Assembly: GCA_049840735.1 (NCBI GenBank) | Contig: JASGJN010000022.1 | Span: 768,001-832,000, forward strand | Direction of reading: 5' to 3' | Source: Anaeromyxobacter sp. | GTDB taxonomy: Bacteria > Myxococcota > Myxococcia > Myxococcales > Anaeromyxobacteraceae | DNA length: 64,000 bases | In this document: positions 47,957-59,981 of the stretch, in pieces | Layout of the letters: each line of letters opens with the position of its first letter | Position numbering within the stretch: the stretch's first letter is position 1 | The notes under the pieces: generated by a model | What the model was told of the DNA's origin: nothing | The model's input: only the letters and a program-made list of their open reading frames with translations | The model's database searches: none | Position numbers and translations under genes: made by a program

Positions 47957-49126
47957 CTACAGCACCCGCAGCACCAGGCACTTGAGGTAGCGCGTCTCCG
48001 GCACGCCCATCAGCACCGGGTGGTCGCGCCCGGCGCCCCGCCGCTCCACCAGCTGCACCTTGCGGCCGGCGTCGTTGGCCGCGTCCAGCACCAGCGCCTC
48101 CAGCATCTCCTCGGAGAGGTGGTAGCTGCAGGACGCGGTGATGAGGAAGCCGCCGGGCTTCAGGACCTGCAGCGCCCGGAGGTTCACCTCCTTGTAGCCG
48201 CGCCGGGCGTTGGGGAGCGCCTCCTTGTTCTTGGCGAAGGCGGGCGGATCCAGCACCACCAGGTCGAAGGCGGGCGGCTCCTCGGCCCGGTCGCGCAGGT
48301 AGTCGAAGGCGTTGGCCTCCACCACCTCCAGGTTCTCCGCCCGGTTCAGGGCCGCGTTCTCGCGCAGCAGCGCGGCCGCCGGCGCCTGCATCTCCACCGC
48401 GGTGACCGCCTGGGCCCGGCGCGCCAGCTGCAGCGCGAACCCGCCCGCGTAGCTGAAGCAGTCCAGGCAGCGCCCGGTGGCGTACTCGCCGGCGCGCAGG
48501 TGGTTCTCGCGCTGGTCCAGGAAGGCGCCGGTCTTCTGGCCGCCCAGCACGTCCAGCTTCATCCGCACCTGGCCCTCGCGGTACTCCATGGGGCCGGGCT
48601 CCGGGCCGCGCAGCACGCCCTTCACCTGGGTCAGCCCCTCCAGCTCGCGGACCCGCACGTCGTTCCGCTCCACCACCGAGCGCAGCCCCAGCCGCTCCTG
48701 CAGCAGGGCCGCCAGCAGCTCCTTGCGCCGCTCGGTGGCGGGGATGAGCGTCTGCATCACGGCGACGTCGGCGTAGCGATCGACCACCAGCCCGGGCAGC
48801 AGGTCCCCCTCGCCGTGCACCAGCCGGACGAACGGGTCGTCGTCGAAGGTGCCGGCGCGGAGCGCCACCGCCTGGTCCACGCGGGCGGCCAGGAACGCGT
48901 CGTCGATGGCCACCTCGTCCAGCGTCACCAGCCGCAGGGCGATCTTGGAGCGCTCCGACCAGAAGGCCTTGGCCACGAAGCGGCCGCGGCCGTCCACGAC
49001 CGCCACCACGTCGCCGGCCGCCGCGCCCGCGGGCGGCTTCTCCACGTCGCCCCGGTAGATCCAGAGGTGGCCCGCGGAGACCCGCTCCACGCCCCGGCGC
49101 GACACCGTCACCTTCCGCTCGTCCAT
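47957..49126 (-). CDS. rlmI: RlmI-family rRNA m5C methyltransferase
   Basis: PUA-like N-terminus, GDLLPGLVVDRY, GQKTGAFLDQRENH, LDPPAFAK, PETRYLK. Confidence 0.85.
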   Translation of the reverse strand: MDERKVTVSRRGVERVSAGHLWIYRGDVEKPPAGAAAGDVVAVVDGRGRFVAKAFWSERSKIALRLVTLDEVAIDDAFLAARVDQAVALRAGTFDDDPFVRLVHGEGDLLPGLVVDRYADVAVMQTLIPATERRKELLAALLQERLGLRSVVERNDVRVRELEGLTQVKGVLRGPEPGPMEYREGQVRMKLDVLGGQKTGAFLDQRENHLRAGEYATGRCLDCFSYAGGFALQLARRAQAVTAVEMQAPAAALLRENAALNRAENLEVVEANAFDYLRDRAEEPPAFDLVVLDPPAFAKNKEALPNARRGYKEVNLRALQVLKPGGFLITASCSYHLSEEMLEALVLDAANDAGRKVQLVERRGAGRDHPVLMGVPETRYLKCLVLRVL

Positions 49127-49152
49127 GGCTGCTCTCTAGCACGTCGGGGGCG

Positions 49153-49173
49153 CCCTTCGACAGGCTCAGGGCG
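49153..49173 (+). repeat. Short REP-like intergenic motif CCCTTCGACAGGCTCAGGGCG
   Basis: Recalled as a widespread intergenic repeat motif; single copy here; not verified by search. Confidence 0.4.
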
Positions 49174-49212
49174 GGCGGCCTGCCGGCGGCCACGCGCGGC
49201 CTCCGCGGCGGG

Positions 49213-50130
49213 TCACTCCCGCGCCACCAGCAGCCCGGCCGCGGTGATGAGCGCGATGCCGGCCCAGGTGATGGGGGCCGGGAACTCGCCGAACAGCGTC
49301 ATGCCCAGCCCGGCGGCGCAGGCCACCTCGACGTAGTGGAACGGCGCCAGGCTGGAGGCCTGCGCCCGCTCGTAGGCCCGGGTCACGAGCCACATGGAGA
49401 GGCCGCCGCCCACCGCCATGAGCGAGAGCCAGCCCACCAGCGCGGGCTGGAACGGTTGCCAATCCCGGCTCCACCCGAAGGCCAGCGCCACCATGCCCAC
49501 CAGCGCGTAGTGGAAGGTGGTGGCGAGCGGCGGGGCCTCGCCGGCCAGGCGGCGGTTGAGGATGGCGGTGGTGGCGAACGCCACCGCCGCCGCCACCGGC
49601 GCCAGCGAGACCCACCGGAACACGTCCGAGCCGGGCCGGATCACCAGCAGGGAGCCGGCGAAGCCGACCGCCACCGCCACCCAGCGCCACCCGCCGATCC
49701 GCTCGCGCAGGAACCAGGCCGAGAAGGCGGTGATGAGCAGCGGGTTCACGAACAGCAGGGCCGAGGCGCTGGCGAAGGGGAGCCGGGTCAGGCCGATGAA
49801 GAAGAAGAGCGTCACCACCGCCGGCATGGCCGAGCGGAGCAGGTGCAGCGGCGTGAGGCGCGGGAACAGCGCCCGCGGCCCGTGGAGGCGGAGCACCACC
49901 GGCAGCAGCAGCACCACGTTGGCGGTGTAGCGGCCCCAGGTGATTCGCGAGGCCGGCACGCCGGGCAGGCCGTCGTGCGGGGTCGAGAGGTGCTTGGCCA
50001 CCGAGTCCACCAGCGGCCAGACCACCGAGGAGGCGATGACCATCGCGATGGCGGCGGCGCGGCGGCGGCCCGGGTGGAGCGCGGGCGACGGCGCGGCGGG
50101 GGCGGGGCTCTGTTCCGACTGGGCGGCCAT
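49213..50130 (-). CDS. DMT/EamA family transporter
   Basis: About ten TM segments; PLLITAFSAWFLRER, IRPG, LAPFHY. Confidence 0.9.
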   Translation of the reverse strand: MAAQSEQSPAPAAPSPALHPGRRRAAAIAMVIASSVVWPLVDSVAKHLSTPHDGLPGVPASRITWGRYTANVVLLLPVVLRLHGPRALFPRLTPLHLLRSAMPAVVTLFFFIGLTRLPFASASALLFVNPLLITAFSAWFLRERIGGWRWVAVAVGFAGSLLVIRPGSDVFRWVSLAPVAAAVAFATTAILNRRLAGEAPPLATTFHYALVGMVALAFGWSRDWQPFQPALVGWLSLMAVGGGLSMWLVTRAYERAQASSLAPFHYVEVACAAGLGMTLFGEFPAPITWAGIALITAAGLLVARE

Positions 50131-50190
50131 GGAGGGCGCGCACTCTAGACGAGCGCGCGCCGTCCGAAAACCCTCCCGGCGCGATCCCCG

Positions 50191-52156
<1,966 letters not shown>

Positions 52157-52160
<4 letters not shown>

Positions 52161-52621
52161 GCACGCTGGCCGACCTCCTGGCCCAGGCCGCGCTGGCCGC
52201 CATCCCGGCGGCGGGCTTCGGGATGCTCTTCAACGTGCCCTTCCGCATGCTGGGCTGGTGCGCGCTCCTCGGCGCCGTCGGGCGCGGGTTGAGGTTCCTG
52301 ATGGTGACCTCGGGGCTGCCGCTGCCCTGGTCCACGCTGATGGCCGCCGGCGCGGTCAGCTTCCTGGGCGTCTGGGCGGCGCAGCGGCTGCGGGCCCACC
52401 CCAAGGTCGTGACGGTGGCGGCGGTCATCCCCATGGTGCCGGGCACCGCGCTCTACACGGCGCTGCTGGCCACCTGGGCCATCGAGCGCGGCGGCCTCAC
52501 GCCCGAGCTGGCCTCCACCGCGGTGCGCGCCGGCCTCGACGCCACCTTCGTGGTGGCGGCGCTGGCGGTGGGGCTGGCCGCGCCCGGGCTCTTCGTCTAC
52601 CGGCGCCGGCCGGTGGTCTGA
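52157..52621 (+). CDS. ThrE-type exporter small subunit (YjjB-like)
   Basis: GTGA overlap; GFGMLFNVP, AAVIPMVPG. Confidence 0.9.
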
Positions 52622-52652
52622 GCGGGCGGCCGGCGCGGCGCGCCGCGCCGCC

Positions 52653-53813
52653 TCACCCGCCGTCCTGTCCCGGCTCGCCCCGCGGCGCGCCGGCGCCGGC
52701 GGCCGGCGAGGTGATCCCGTCCGGGCTGGCCGGGTCCTCCTCGTCCATGCGCCGGCGCGAGGCGCCCAGCTCCGGGGAGCCCTCGTCAACCCCCGGATCG
52801 GCGTCGGGCATGAGCGGCTCGTTGCTGGCCAGCAGCGTGGGCGTGCCCGGCTCGACCGCGCCGGCCAGCCGCGTGGGCTCGTCCAGCTCCTCGTCGCGGG
52901 GCCGGGTCTGGCCCAGCTCCTCCTCGCGCACGGCCGCGCCCGCCTCCGGCGCGTCGAAGCCGGTCCGCGCCACGTCGTCGGTGCCCGGCGCGCCCAGCGC
53001 GCCCAGGTCCGGCGCCTCGCCGAAGCCGGCGTCACCGGCGCGGTAGGTCGGGTCGCCGCCCAGCCCGGGCCAGGTCTGCGTGGCCGCGTCCGGAGACGGG
53101 CTGGCGTGGGCCACCCCAGGCTCGATCCCGCCCGGCGGCACGCGCTCGACCTGGGGTGGAGGCCGCCCCTCGCCGGCCTGCCGCGGCTGCGCCTGCCGGC
53201 CGCCCTGCAGCCCTGCCCCGGCGGCCTGGCCCTCCGCCTGCCCGCCCTGCTCGCGCGCCTGCCGCAGCCGCCCGGTGGCGCTGCGCGCCAGCGCGGTGGC
53301 GCGCCCCAGGCCGCGCCGCACCGGCGCCGCGTCCCGCGCCAGCCGTCCGGCCATCGAGAGCCCGGCCAGCCCGAAGGGCACCCGCAGGATCCCGCTGCCG
53401 AACACGCCTCGCGCCATCAGCAGCGCCGCCGCTCCGGCCTGCGGCGAGGGCCCTGCGCCGCTGGCCCCCTGGACCCGGCCCCGGGCCTCTCCGGCCGAAT
53501 CCCTGGCCTGCCCGGCCAGCGACCGCGCCTGGTCGCTCGCCTGGTGCGCCCGCGCCCGCACCTCGTCGCGCGCCGAGGCCAGGGCCCCGGAGGTCCGCTC
53601 CCCGAGCGCGCGGGCCCGCTCGCTGGCGCGCCGGCCGGCGCTGCGCAGCGCCCCCGAGGCTCGCGCGCGCCGGTCCGCGTCCAGCAGCGCGTAGAGGATC
53701 GCGCCGGCGCCGATGCCGCTCGCCGCCACCGTCGCCCAGGCGGCCGCCGACGACGACCGCCGCCTGCGGAGCGGGAGGAAGCCCGTCCGCGCCCTGCGAA
53801 GCTCGAATGCCAT
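52653..53813 (-). CDS. Hypothetical membrane-anchored protein with acidic disordered tail
   Basis: GGAG RBS; TM followed by LLDADRR, helical repeats, acidic C-terminus. Confidence 0.6.
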   Translation of the reverse strand: MAFELRRARTGFLPLRRRRSSSAAAWATVAASGIGAGAILYALLDADRRARASGALRSAGRRASERARALGERTSGALASARDEVRARAHQASDQARSLAGQARDSAGEARGRVQGASGAGPSPQAGAAALLMARGVFGSGILRVPFGLAGLSMAGRLARDAAPVRRGLGRATALARSATGRLRQAREQGGQAEGQAAGAGLQGGRQAQPRQAGEGRPPPQVERVPPGGIEPGVAHASPSPDAATQTWPGLGGDPTYRAGDAGFGEAPDLGALGAPGTDDVARTGFDAPEAGAAVREEELGQTRPRDEELDEPTRLAGAVEPGTPTLLASNEPLMPDADPGVDEGSPELGASRRRMDEEDPASPDGITSPAAGAGAPRGEPGQDGG

Positions 53814-54102
53814 GGTTTCGCTCCTGACCGTGGCTCAAGGCTAAACACGACCCCGTGTCCCGGGACCGGGCGGTCGCGGCCGCGGTGCCCAGGCTTCCGT
53901 CGTGAGCACGGAGACGCGGGGGGTGAGCGATGGTCCGCTGCCTCGCCCGCTCCTGGCGCGCGGCGGAGCTGCTGCCGGCTGCTGCGGGCGGACGCTGCGC
54001 GCTCGAAGGGGGCCGGGCCCCGGGCGGGCGCGGTCGCCGCGCGGGGGACCGCTGTTATGTCCGGAGCGCGGCGGCGCCGGAAGCCCGCCCGGGAGGTCGC
54101 GC

Positions 54103-54384
54103 ATGCTCAGGACCACCGTGGACGTGCTGGAGCTGCGCTGCTGGGCCGAGGCCCGGGGCGCACGGCCCTGCCGCGACCTGGCCAGCGGCCGGCTCGCGCT
54201 GGCCTTCCCGGGCCAGCCCTGCGCGGCGGCGGACGTGGGCTGGGACGAGTTCGAGCCGGCCTTCCTCTGGACCCACGCCGTGTTCGTCTACGACGACGCG
54301 CCCGGCGCCACCCGCTGCTTCATCGGGCCTACCGACGACGCCCGCGGCTTCGTGCACGGCGGCGGCGCCGCGCCGCCGGGCTGA
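54103..54384 (+). CDS. Small hypothetical protein
   Basis: GGAGG RBS; TTVDVLELRCWAEARGARP...VGWDEF. Confidence 0.65.
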   Translation: MLRTTVDVLELRCWAEARGARPCRDLASGRLALAFPGQPCAAADVGWDEFEPAFLWTHAVFVYDDAPGATRCFIGPTDDARGFVHGGGAAPPG

Positions 54385-56454
54385 TCACCTCGCCGGAGCG
54401 GCCTCGAGCGCGGCCCGGGCCGCCCGCAGCAGCGGCTCGGCCGAGACCGGCTGGCCCGTCGCGTTCTTCATCCACAGGTCGGGCGCGACGCTGCCCACCA
54501 CCGTCATGCGCTCGATCTCCGCCCCGAACGCCCCGGGCGGCTGCGCGTCGAGGTGCTCCTCGATCTGCGCCGAGATCAGGTGGCCGATGGGGTAGTCGGG
54601 CAGGTAGAGCAGCTCGTCCACCGAGTGCGAGTAGATGGCCAGCAGGGTGACGTCGCGGACGCCGAAGATGGGGGCGTACCAGCGGTTCCAGACCTGGCGG
54701 GCGATGCCGAGCGTGGCCTCGCGCAGCTGCGCCGGGGTGGCGCCGGGGTGCGCGTACATCCAGCGCCAGGTCTCGAGGTCCACCAGCGCCACGCCGGCGA
54801 TCTCGTAGGTGGCCCACAGCGTGTCGATGGCCCGCTGCCGCCGCGCCTCGGGCGAGGGACCGGGCAGTCCCAGGACCTGGAGGTCGCGGTCCTGGAACAC
54901 GAAGGCGATGGCCTCGGTGAAGGCGTTGTTGGGGACGCCGGCCAGCAGCGTGGAGTCCACGCCGTAGAGCGAGAAGGTCTGCTCCACGTTGTGGCCCATC
55001 TCGTGGACCGCGATGTTGAAGCCCTTGTAGTCCATCCCGTCCGGCCCCACCCGCGTGCGCAGGTGGGCCTTGTCCCCGCGCCGCGCCGCCTGCATGGCGT
55101 GGCCGGAGCCGCGGGCCGGGTCGACCTCGATCCGCTCGGAGAGCCAGCGCGCCTTCTCCGGCGTGAAGCCCAGCGCGCCCAGGATGCGGGGCAGGTCCTT
55201 CGCGTAGGCCTCCGGCGTGGGGTAGCGGGCGCGGGTCATCGCGTCCAGCTCCGCCTCCGAGCGATCCGGCCGCGGGGAGAAGCCGCGGTACCAGATGTCG
55301 AACGCCTCCAGCGGGCGCCCCTGCCGCCCGGCGATGCGCGCCGCGATGACCTCGAGCTCCGGCGCGCCCAGCACCTGCTCCAGCAGCGCCACCACCCGCG
55401 CCTCGGGGAGCTCGCGCTCCAGCTCGAACTTGCGCGCGATGAGCGTGGGCGCCGAGGGCGAGTAGGGGTCGGCGGCCCGGGCGGCCCGGAAGTTGGCCAG
55501 GATGCGCGCGTAGCGGGCGTCCGGCTCGCGCGCCGCGTCCACGCGCGCGCGGGGGGCGGCGCCGCCCTCGATGGTTTCGGCCGGGGCCGGCCGGACCTCG
55601 TTGGTGAAGGGGTTCCAGTCCACGGTGGGATCGTCGATGACGGCGGCCGGGATGCCCTGGGTGACGATCCGCTCCATCACCTTGGCCAGGACGCGCTGGC
55701 GGGCCAGCCCGTCCGGCTGGGCGTACTGGGCCTTCAGCTCGTCGCGCAGGTTCCAGTGCGAGAGCAGCCGCTTGCCCTTGGGGAAGAGGCGCTGCCCCTG
55801 CTCCGAGAGCACGTGCTGCATGTAGATGTTGTAGCCGGCCACGTAGGCCTGCCCGTCGGCGTAGGCGCGCGCCAGCTGCTGGTTCACCGCCGCGGGCACG
55901 CGCCGCGCGAACCGGTTGGCCAGGCGGGCCTCGGCCCACTGCCGGCGCGACCAGCCCGCGCCCTGCCCCAGCCGCTCGTCCAGCGTGGTGAGCGGGAAGT
56001 TGAGCAGGGCCGCGAAGGCCACCTTGCCGTCGAAGAGGTCGTCGATCACGTGCGCGCCGGGATCGTACGCCGCCAGCAGGCCGTCCACCGGCTGCAGCGG
56101 CCCCACCTCCAGCTGGGCCCAGCGCGACAGCTCGCGGCCGATCTCCAGCCCGTGGCCGTCCAGCGCCTCGAAGCCGGCCTCCAGCCGGTGGAAGAGCGCG
56201 TCCAGCCCCGGGCCCTGCGGCTGGAACTGCTCGGTGCAGAGCGCCTCGAAGCCGGCCGCGTCGCCGTCGGAGGCGCGCCAGAAGGCGGCGGCCTGCTTCA
56301 CGCCGCGCCGGACGCGGGCCTGCTCCCCGCCCCCGTGCTGCTTCACCAGCGCCGCCTCGCAGCGGCGGGCGGCGGCGTCGAGGCCGTGCACGGGGGCGGG
56401 CTTGGCGGCGGGGGCGGCCACGAGGAGCAGGGTGGAGAGCGCCTGGGTGAGCAT
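54385..56454 (-). CDS. Secreted gluzincin (M3-like) metallopeptidase
   Basis: Signal peptide; HEMGH plus downstream FTEAIA; YSH..YLPDYPIGH. Confidence 0.8.
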   Translation of the reverse strand: MLTQALSTLLLVAAPAAKPAPVHGLDAAARRCEAALVKQHGGGEQARVRRGVKQAAAFWRASDGDAAGFEALCTEQFQPQGPGLDALFHRLEAGFEALDGHGLEIGRELSRWAQLEVGPLQPVDGLLAAYDPGAHVIDDLFDGKVAFAALLNFPLTTLDERLGQGAGWSRRQWAEARLANRFARRVPAAVNQQLARAYADGQAYVAGYNIYMQHVLSEQGQRLFPKGKRLLSHWNLRDELKAQYAQPDGLARQRVLAKVMERIVTQGIPAAVIDDPTVDWNPFTNEVRPAPAETIEGGAAPRARVDAAREPDARYARILANFRAARAADPYSPSAPTLIARKFELERELPEARVVALLEQVLGAPELEVIAARIAGRQGRPLEAFDIWYRGFSPRPDRSEAELDAMTRARYPTPEAYAKDLPRILGALGFTPEKARWLSERIEVDPARGSGHAMQAARRGDKAHLRTRVGPDGMDYKGFNIAVHEMGHNVEQTFSLYGVDSTLLAGVPNNAFTEAIAFVFQDRDLQVLGLPGPSPEARRQRAIDTLWATYEIAGVALVDLETWRWMYAHPGATPAQLREATLGIARQVWNRWYAPIFGVRDVTLLAIYSHSVDELLYLPDYPIGHLISAQIEEHLDAQPPGAFGAEIERMTVVGSVAPDLWMKNATGQPVSAEPLLRAARAALEAAPAR

Positions 56455-56509
56455 GGCGCAGCACTGTAATGTAGACGGGCCGCCGTCACCCGGGTAAGTC
56501 GACCCCGCC

Positions 56510-57494
56510 ATGCACGAAGCAGCGCCCCACCCCGGCCAGGCCCAGGCCCGCCCCACCCACCGCGCCCTCACCGTGATGGCGCTGCTCCTGGGGATGTTCC
56601 TGGCCGCCATGGAGATGACGGTGGTCTCCACCGCCATGCCCACCGTGGCGGGGGAGCTGGGCGGGCTGCACCTCTACGCCTGGGCCTTCGCCGGGTACAT
56701 GCTCACCGCCACCGTCAGCGTCCCGATCTGGGGGAAGCTGGCCGACCTCCGCGGCCGCAAGGGGGTCATGCTGGTCGGCCTGGTCCTCTTCCTGGTCGGC
56801 TCCGCCGCCTGCGGCTTCGCGCCGGACATGCGCGCGCTCATCGCCGCCCGCGCCGTGCAGGGGCTGGGGGCCGGCGCCATCCAGCCCACCACGCTCACCA
56901 TCGTGGGCGACCTCTTCGACGTGCGCACGCGCGGCCGGATGCAGGGGCTCTTCGGCGGCGTCTGGGGCCTGGCCGGCCTGGTGGGGCCGCTGGTGGGCGG
57001 CGCGCTGGTCCACTTCCTGTCCTGGCGCTGGGTCTTCTGGATCAACCTGCCCTTCGGCGTGGCCAGCGCGCTGGTGCTGGCCAGCGCCTACCACGAGCGG
57101 CCGGAGCGCCACGCCCACCGCCTGGACCTGGGCGGCGCGGCGCTGCTCAGCGTCGCGGTGGTGGCGGCGCTGCTGGCGGCCCGCTCGCCGGCGACCGGGC
57201 GGGTCGCCGCGCCGGTGGCGGTGGCGGCGCTGCTCCTCTTCCTGTGGGTGGAGCGCCGCGCGGTCGAGCCGCTGCTGCCGCTCGACCTGTTCCGGCAGCG
57301 GGTGATCGCCGTGGCCTCCGGGGCCGGCGCCCTGGTCGGCGCGGCGATGATCGGCATGGTCACCTTCGTGCCGCTCTGGCTCCAGGCGGTGGTCGGGGCC
57401 TCGCCCACCCAGGCCGGCGGCGCCATCGCGCCCATGGCCGTCGGCTGGCCCGATCTTCAGCGCGCTCTCCGGCCGGCTGCTCCCGCGCACCGGC
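56510..57494 (+). CDS. DHA2-type MFS transporter, truncated at the junction (also +1 at ~57450)
   Basis: WGKLADLRGRK, RAVQGLGAG, WRWVFWINLP, EPLLPLDLF; corrected frame reads GWPIFSALSGRLLPRTG then the sequence changes character. Confidence 0.9.
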
Positions 57495-57696
57495 GCAAAA
57501 CCCAAGCCGTGCGCAAGAGTGCGGCGATTCCTCCGAGGAGGATCCCGGGCGACAACAGCTGAATCGACGCCGATGCGGCATCGTCGTCGAGGAGTAGGAG
57601 CCAGCGACAGGTGCTCGCGGCTCCCATCGACAGCAGTGTGCCTAGGATTTGCGCCGCTATCAGTCGCGGCGCAAGTCTGGTGACACCCCAGGTCAT
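57495..57696 (-). CDS. N-terminal fragment of a membrane protein cut at the junction
   Basis: ATG overlaps the histidine kinase stop (ATGA); hydrophobic segments; runs into the junction. Confidence 0.6.
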
Positions 57697-59177
57697 CCTC
57701 CCGCTCCCGGAACCGTCAACGGTTCGAGTGGCGTGTATTCGAGCTCGCGATCCGCATCCGATTCGGAGGGCAAAGTAATGGTGAAGGTCGAGCCCTTTCC
57801 GACCACGCTGTCGAGACGGATCTGCCCGTGGTGCATGTCAACGAGTCGACGCGTGATGGCAAGTCCGAGCCCCGTTCCCGCGCGGCGGATGCGTTCTTCC
57901 CCAGCTTGTCGATACTCTTCGAAGATGGCCGCTTGCTCTTCGGGAGCGATCCCTGGGCCCGTATCGGTGACGCTGATGGCCGTCTCACCTGGTTTGGGTT
58001 GGCCGACGTCGACCACGATGCCTCCGTTTATCGTGAACTTCACTGCATTACCGAGGACGTTGTTCACGATTTGGCGCACACGTCGCGGATCGGCGTAGGC
58101 GATTGCCGTGTGTCCCTGTAGCGTCAGGGCCAAGCCCTTGGTTTGCGCGGTAACGTGGGTTTCTCTCACGACGCTTTCGACAATCGAGTAAACGTCGATG
58201 TACGCCCGCGTCAGCCGGAGTTGTCCGGACTCGAGTGCCGACAGATCGAGGATGTCATCGATGAGCGACGCAAGGTGCCGACCGCTGCTGCGAATGATCT
58301 CGAGGTTCTCGCGAGCGTCGTCCGAGAGTGGGCCGTCGACTTCGCTGAGGAGCACATCGGAGAATCCGAGGATGGCATTGAGCGGGGTTCGTAACTCGTG
58401 GCTCAGTGCGGCGAGGAACGCACTGCGATCGCGATCGTAGGAGAGCGCACGGGTCAAGTCCTGGCGGTAACGCTGTTCGGCTTCGGTGAAGCGATTGACC
58501 AAGGCATTGAACGCGTGCGTCAGCTCCCCCACTTTGTCGATGGAGCGGACCGGGATCTGCCAACCGAAGGTTGCCGTGTCGGCTTGGCTCATGTGTTCGA
58601 TGCGTCGACGCACGAAATCGACGTCCGCGTGCACGTCGCGGGTGAGCGCGAGCGCGACCAGGACGGCAATCCCGACGAGGAGTGCCACGAGCACGAGCAG
58701 CGAAGTGAGCAGGGGGCCTACGTCGGGAGGCGGATCGGGTGCCGGTACCAAGGCAACGAGATTGAGGACGTCGCGCGAGCCCGACAGCGGCACCACGGCA
58801 TAGCGCACGCGACCGAGCTGCGTCGTCGCCGTTCCTTGGCCACGCACCAGTAGCTCCACGATGCTGGTGCGTGAGGGCGTGCGGATCGTTGCATCGGCGA
58901 CGGGCGTTCCTCGCGCGTCGACGAGTAGTAATTCGACGCCTGCGCGGCGCGCTGCACGCTCGAGCACGATCCCACGTTCGGCGCTCGGGATTGCGCGCAA
59001 TCTTGCGGCCAATGTCTCTCCGAGCACCCGAGCTGCCAAAGTCGCATTCGCATCACTTCGCGTACGCAATTCCGCAACGCCCATCCAGCTGAACGTGATC
59101 GCCGCGACGAGCCCGAGCACGGCGACCACGGTGGGTGCCAGGGCAACGAGCGGCAGCGGTCGCGACAAGAATCGCAC
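57693..59177 (-). CDS. Membrane sensor histidine kinase (HAMP-HisKA-HATPase)
   Basis: SHELRTPLNAILG, NAVKFT, DTGPGI, GTGLGL. Confidence 0.95.
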   Translation of the reverse strand: MRFLSRPLPLVALAPTVVAVLGLVAAITFSWMGVAELRTRSDANATLAARVLGETLAARLRAIPSAERGIVLERAARRAGVELLLVDARGTPVADATIRTPSRTSIVELLVRGQGTATTQLGRVRYAVVPLSGSRDVLNLVALVPAPDPPPDVGPLLTSLLVLVALLVGIAVLVALALTRDVHADVDFVRRRIEHMSQADTATFGWQIPVRSIDKVGELTHAFNALVNRFTEAEQRYRQDLTRALSYDRDRSAFLAALSHELRTPLNAILGFSDVLLSEVDGPLSDDARENLEIIRSSGRHLASLIDDILDLSALESGQLRLTRAYIDVYSIVESVVRETHVTAQTKGLALTLQGHTAIAYADPRRVRQIVNNVLGNAVKFTINGGIVVDVGQPKPGETAISVTDTGPGIAPEEQAAIFEEYRQAGEERIRRAGTGLGLAITRRLVDMHHGQIRLDSVVGKGSTFTITLPSESDADRELEYTPLEPLTVPGAGG

Positions 59178-59238
59178 GCGGCTAGGCTAGTCCTTGGACG
59201 TACTTGCCGCAAAAAGTAAGGTGTTGCTGGAGGGCGCT

Positions 59239-59360
59239 TCGGGACAACGACGTGCGCTCACCGGTGCGCCGAAACGTGCTTCGTTGTACGGCTGCCGAGG
59301 TCGCGCGTCGGGACAACGACGTGCGCTCGCCCGATCGTCCGTGCGCGTTTCGTCGTGTCG
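59239..59360. repeat. Two 21-bp direct repeats 69 nt apart, each opening an imperfect hairpin
   Basis: TCGGGACAACGACGTGCGCTC at 59239-59259 and 59308-59328. Confidence 0.75.
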
Positions 59361-59366
59361 GCGCGT

Positions 59367-59981
59367 TCAAGGGTCCGTCGCGAGACGCGAGAAGACCGCG
59401 TGATCGACCCAGCGAGCATCGACATATTCCGCTTGTCTGGCGATCCCCTCGAAGTGGAATCGGAGCCGCGCAATGACTCGCAGACTCGGATGGTTGTCGG
59501 TCGCAGCTGCGCAGCGTACGCGATGAGCACCCATTCGGAACAACGCGAAGTCGACGCAGGCCCGAGCGGCTTCGGTCATGAGGCCTTTGCCGCAGTGTTC
59601 GGCTCGCAACCAGTACCCGAGCTCGCAAGATCGATGTAGGTGAACGCAATTGTCGAGGCCGACGACTCCGAGGAAGCGATTCGTGTCTTGTGCGCGAATG
59701 GCGAACCTGACGGCTCGCCCAGCGTCCCAGTCCGCCGCGCAGGCGTCCGCATAGCGTTGGCTCGATTCCGGGGTGTCGTTGTAAGGCACCCACGGCAAGA
59801 AACGCTGAAGGCTCTCGCGCGAGCCTTCGACGGCTTCCCAGAGTTCGGGTGCATCGGGCGGCTCGATGGGAAGCAATAAAATCCGCGCAGTGGCGATGGG
59901 GGCGCGTCGAAGGATGGTGCGGGAGGGGACGCTCAACATGCGAGGGGGAGGGCTGTCCTTTGCCAGTTTCGGTGGGGGCAT
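59367..59981 (-). CDS. GNAT N-acetyltransferase, RimJ/RimL family
   Basis: FLPWV, ELGYWL..GKGLMTEA, NHPSLRV, FHFEG. Confidence 0.92.
   Translation of the reverse strand: MPPPKLAKDSPPPRMLSVPSRTILRRAPIATARILLLPIEPPDAPELWEAVEGSRESLQRFLPWVPYNDTPESSQRYADACAADWDAGRAVRFAIRAQDTNRFLGVVGLDNCVHLHRSCELGYWLRAEHCGKGLMTEAARACVDFALFRMGAHRVRCAAATDNHPSLRVIARLRFHFEGIARQAEYVDARWVDHAVFSRLATDP

Noticed and set aside
59185..59225. GGCTAGTCC...CCGCAAAAAGTAAGG as another copy of the transposase end motifs
   Set aside because: Only loose similarity, and it lies in the segment of different origin.
59239..59328. Mini CRISPR array
   Set aside because: Only two 21-bp repeats, the spacer pairs with the repeat, and no cas genes are present.
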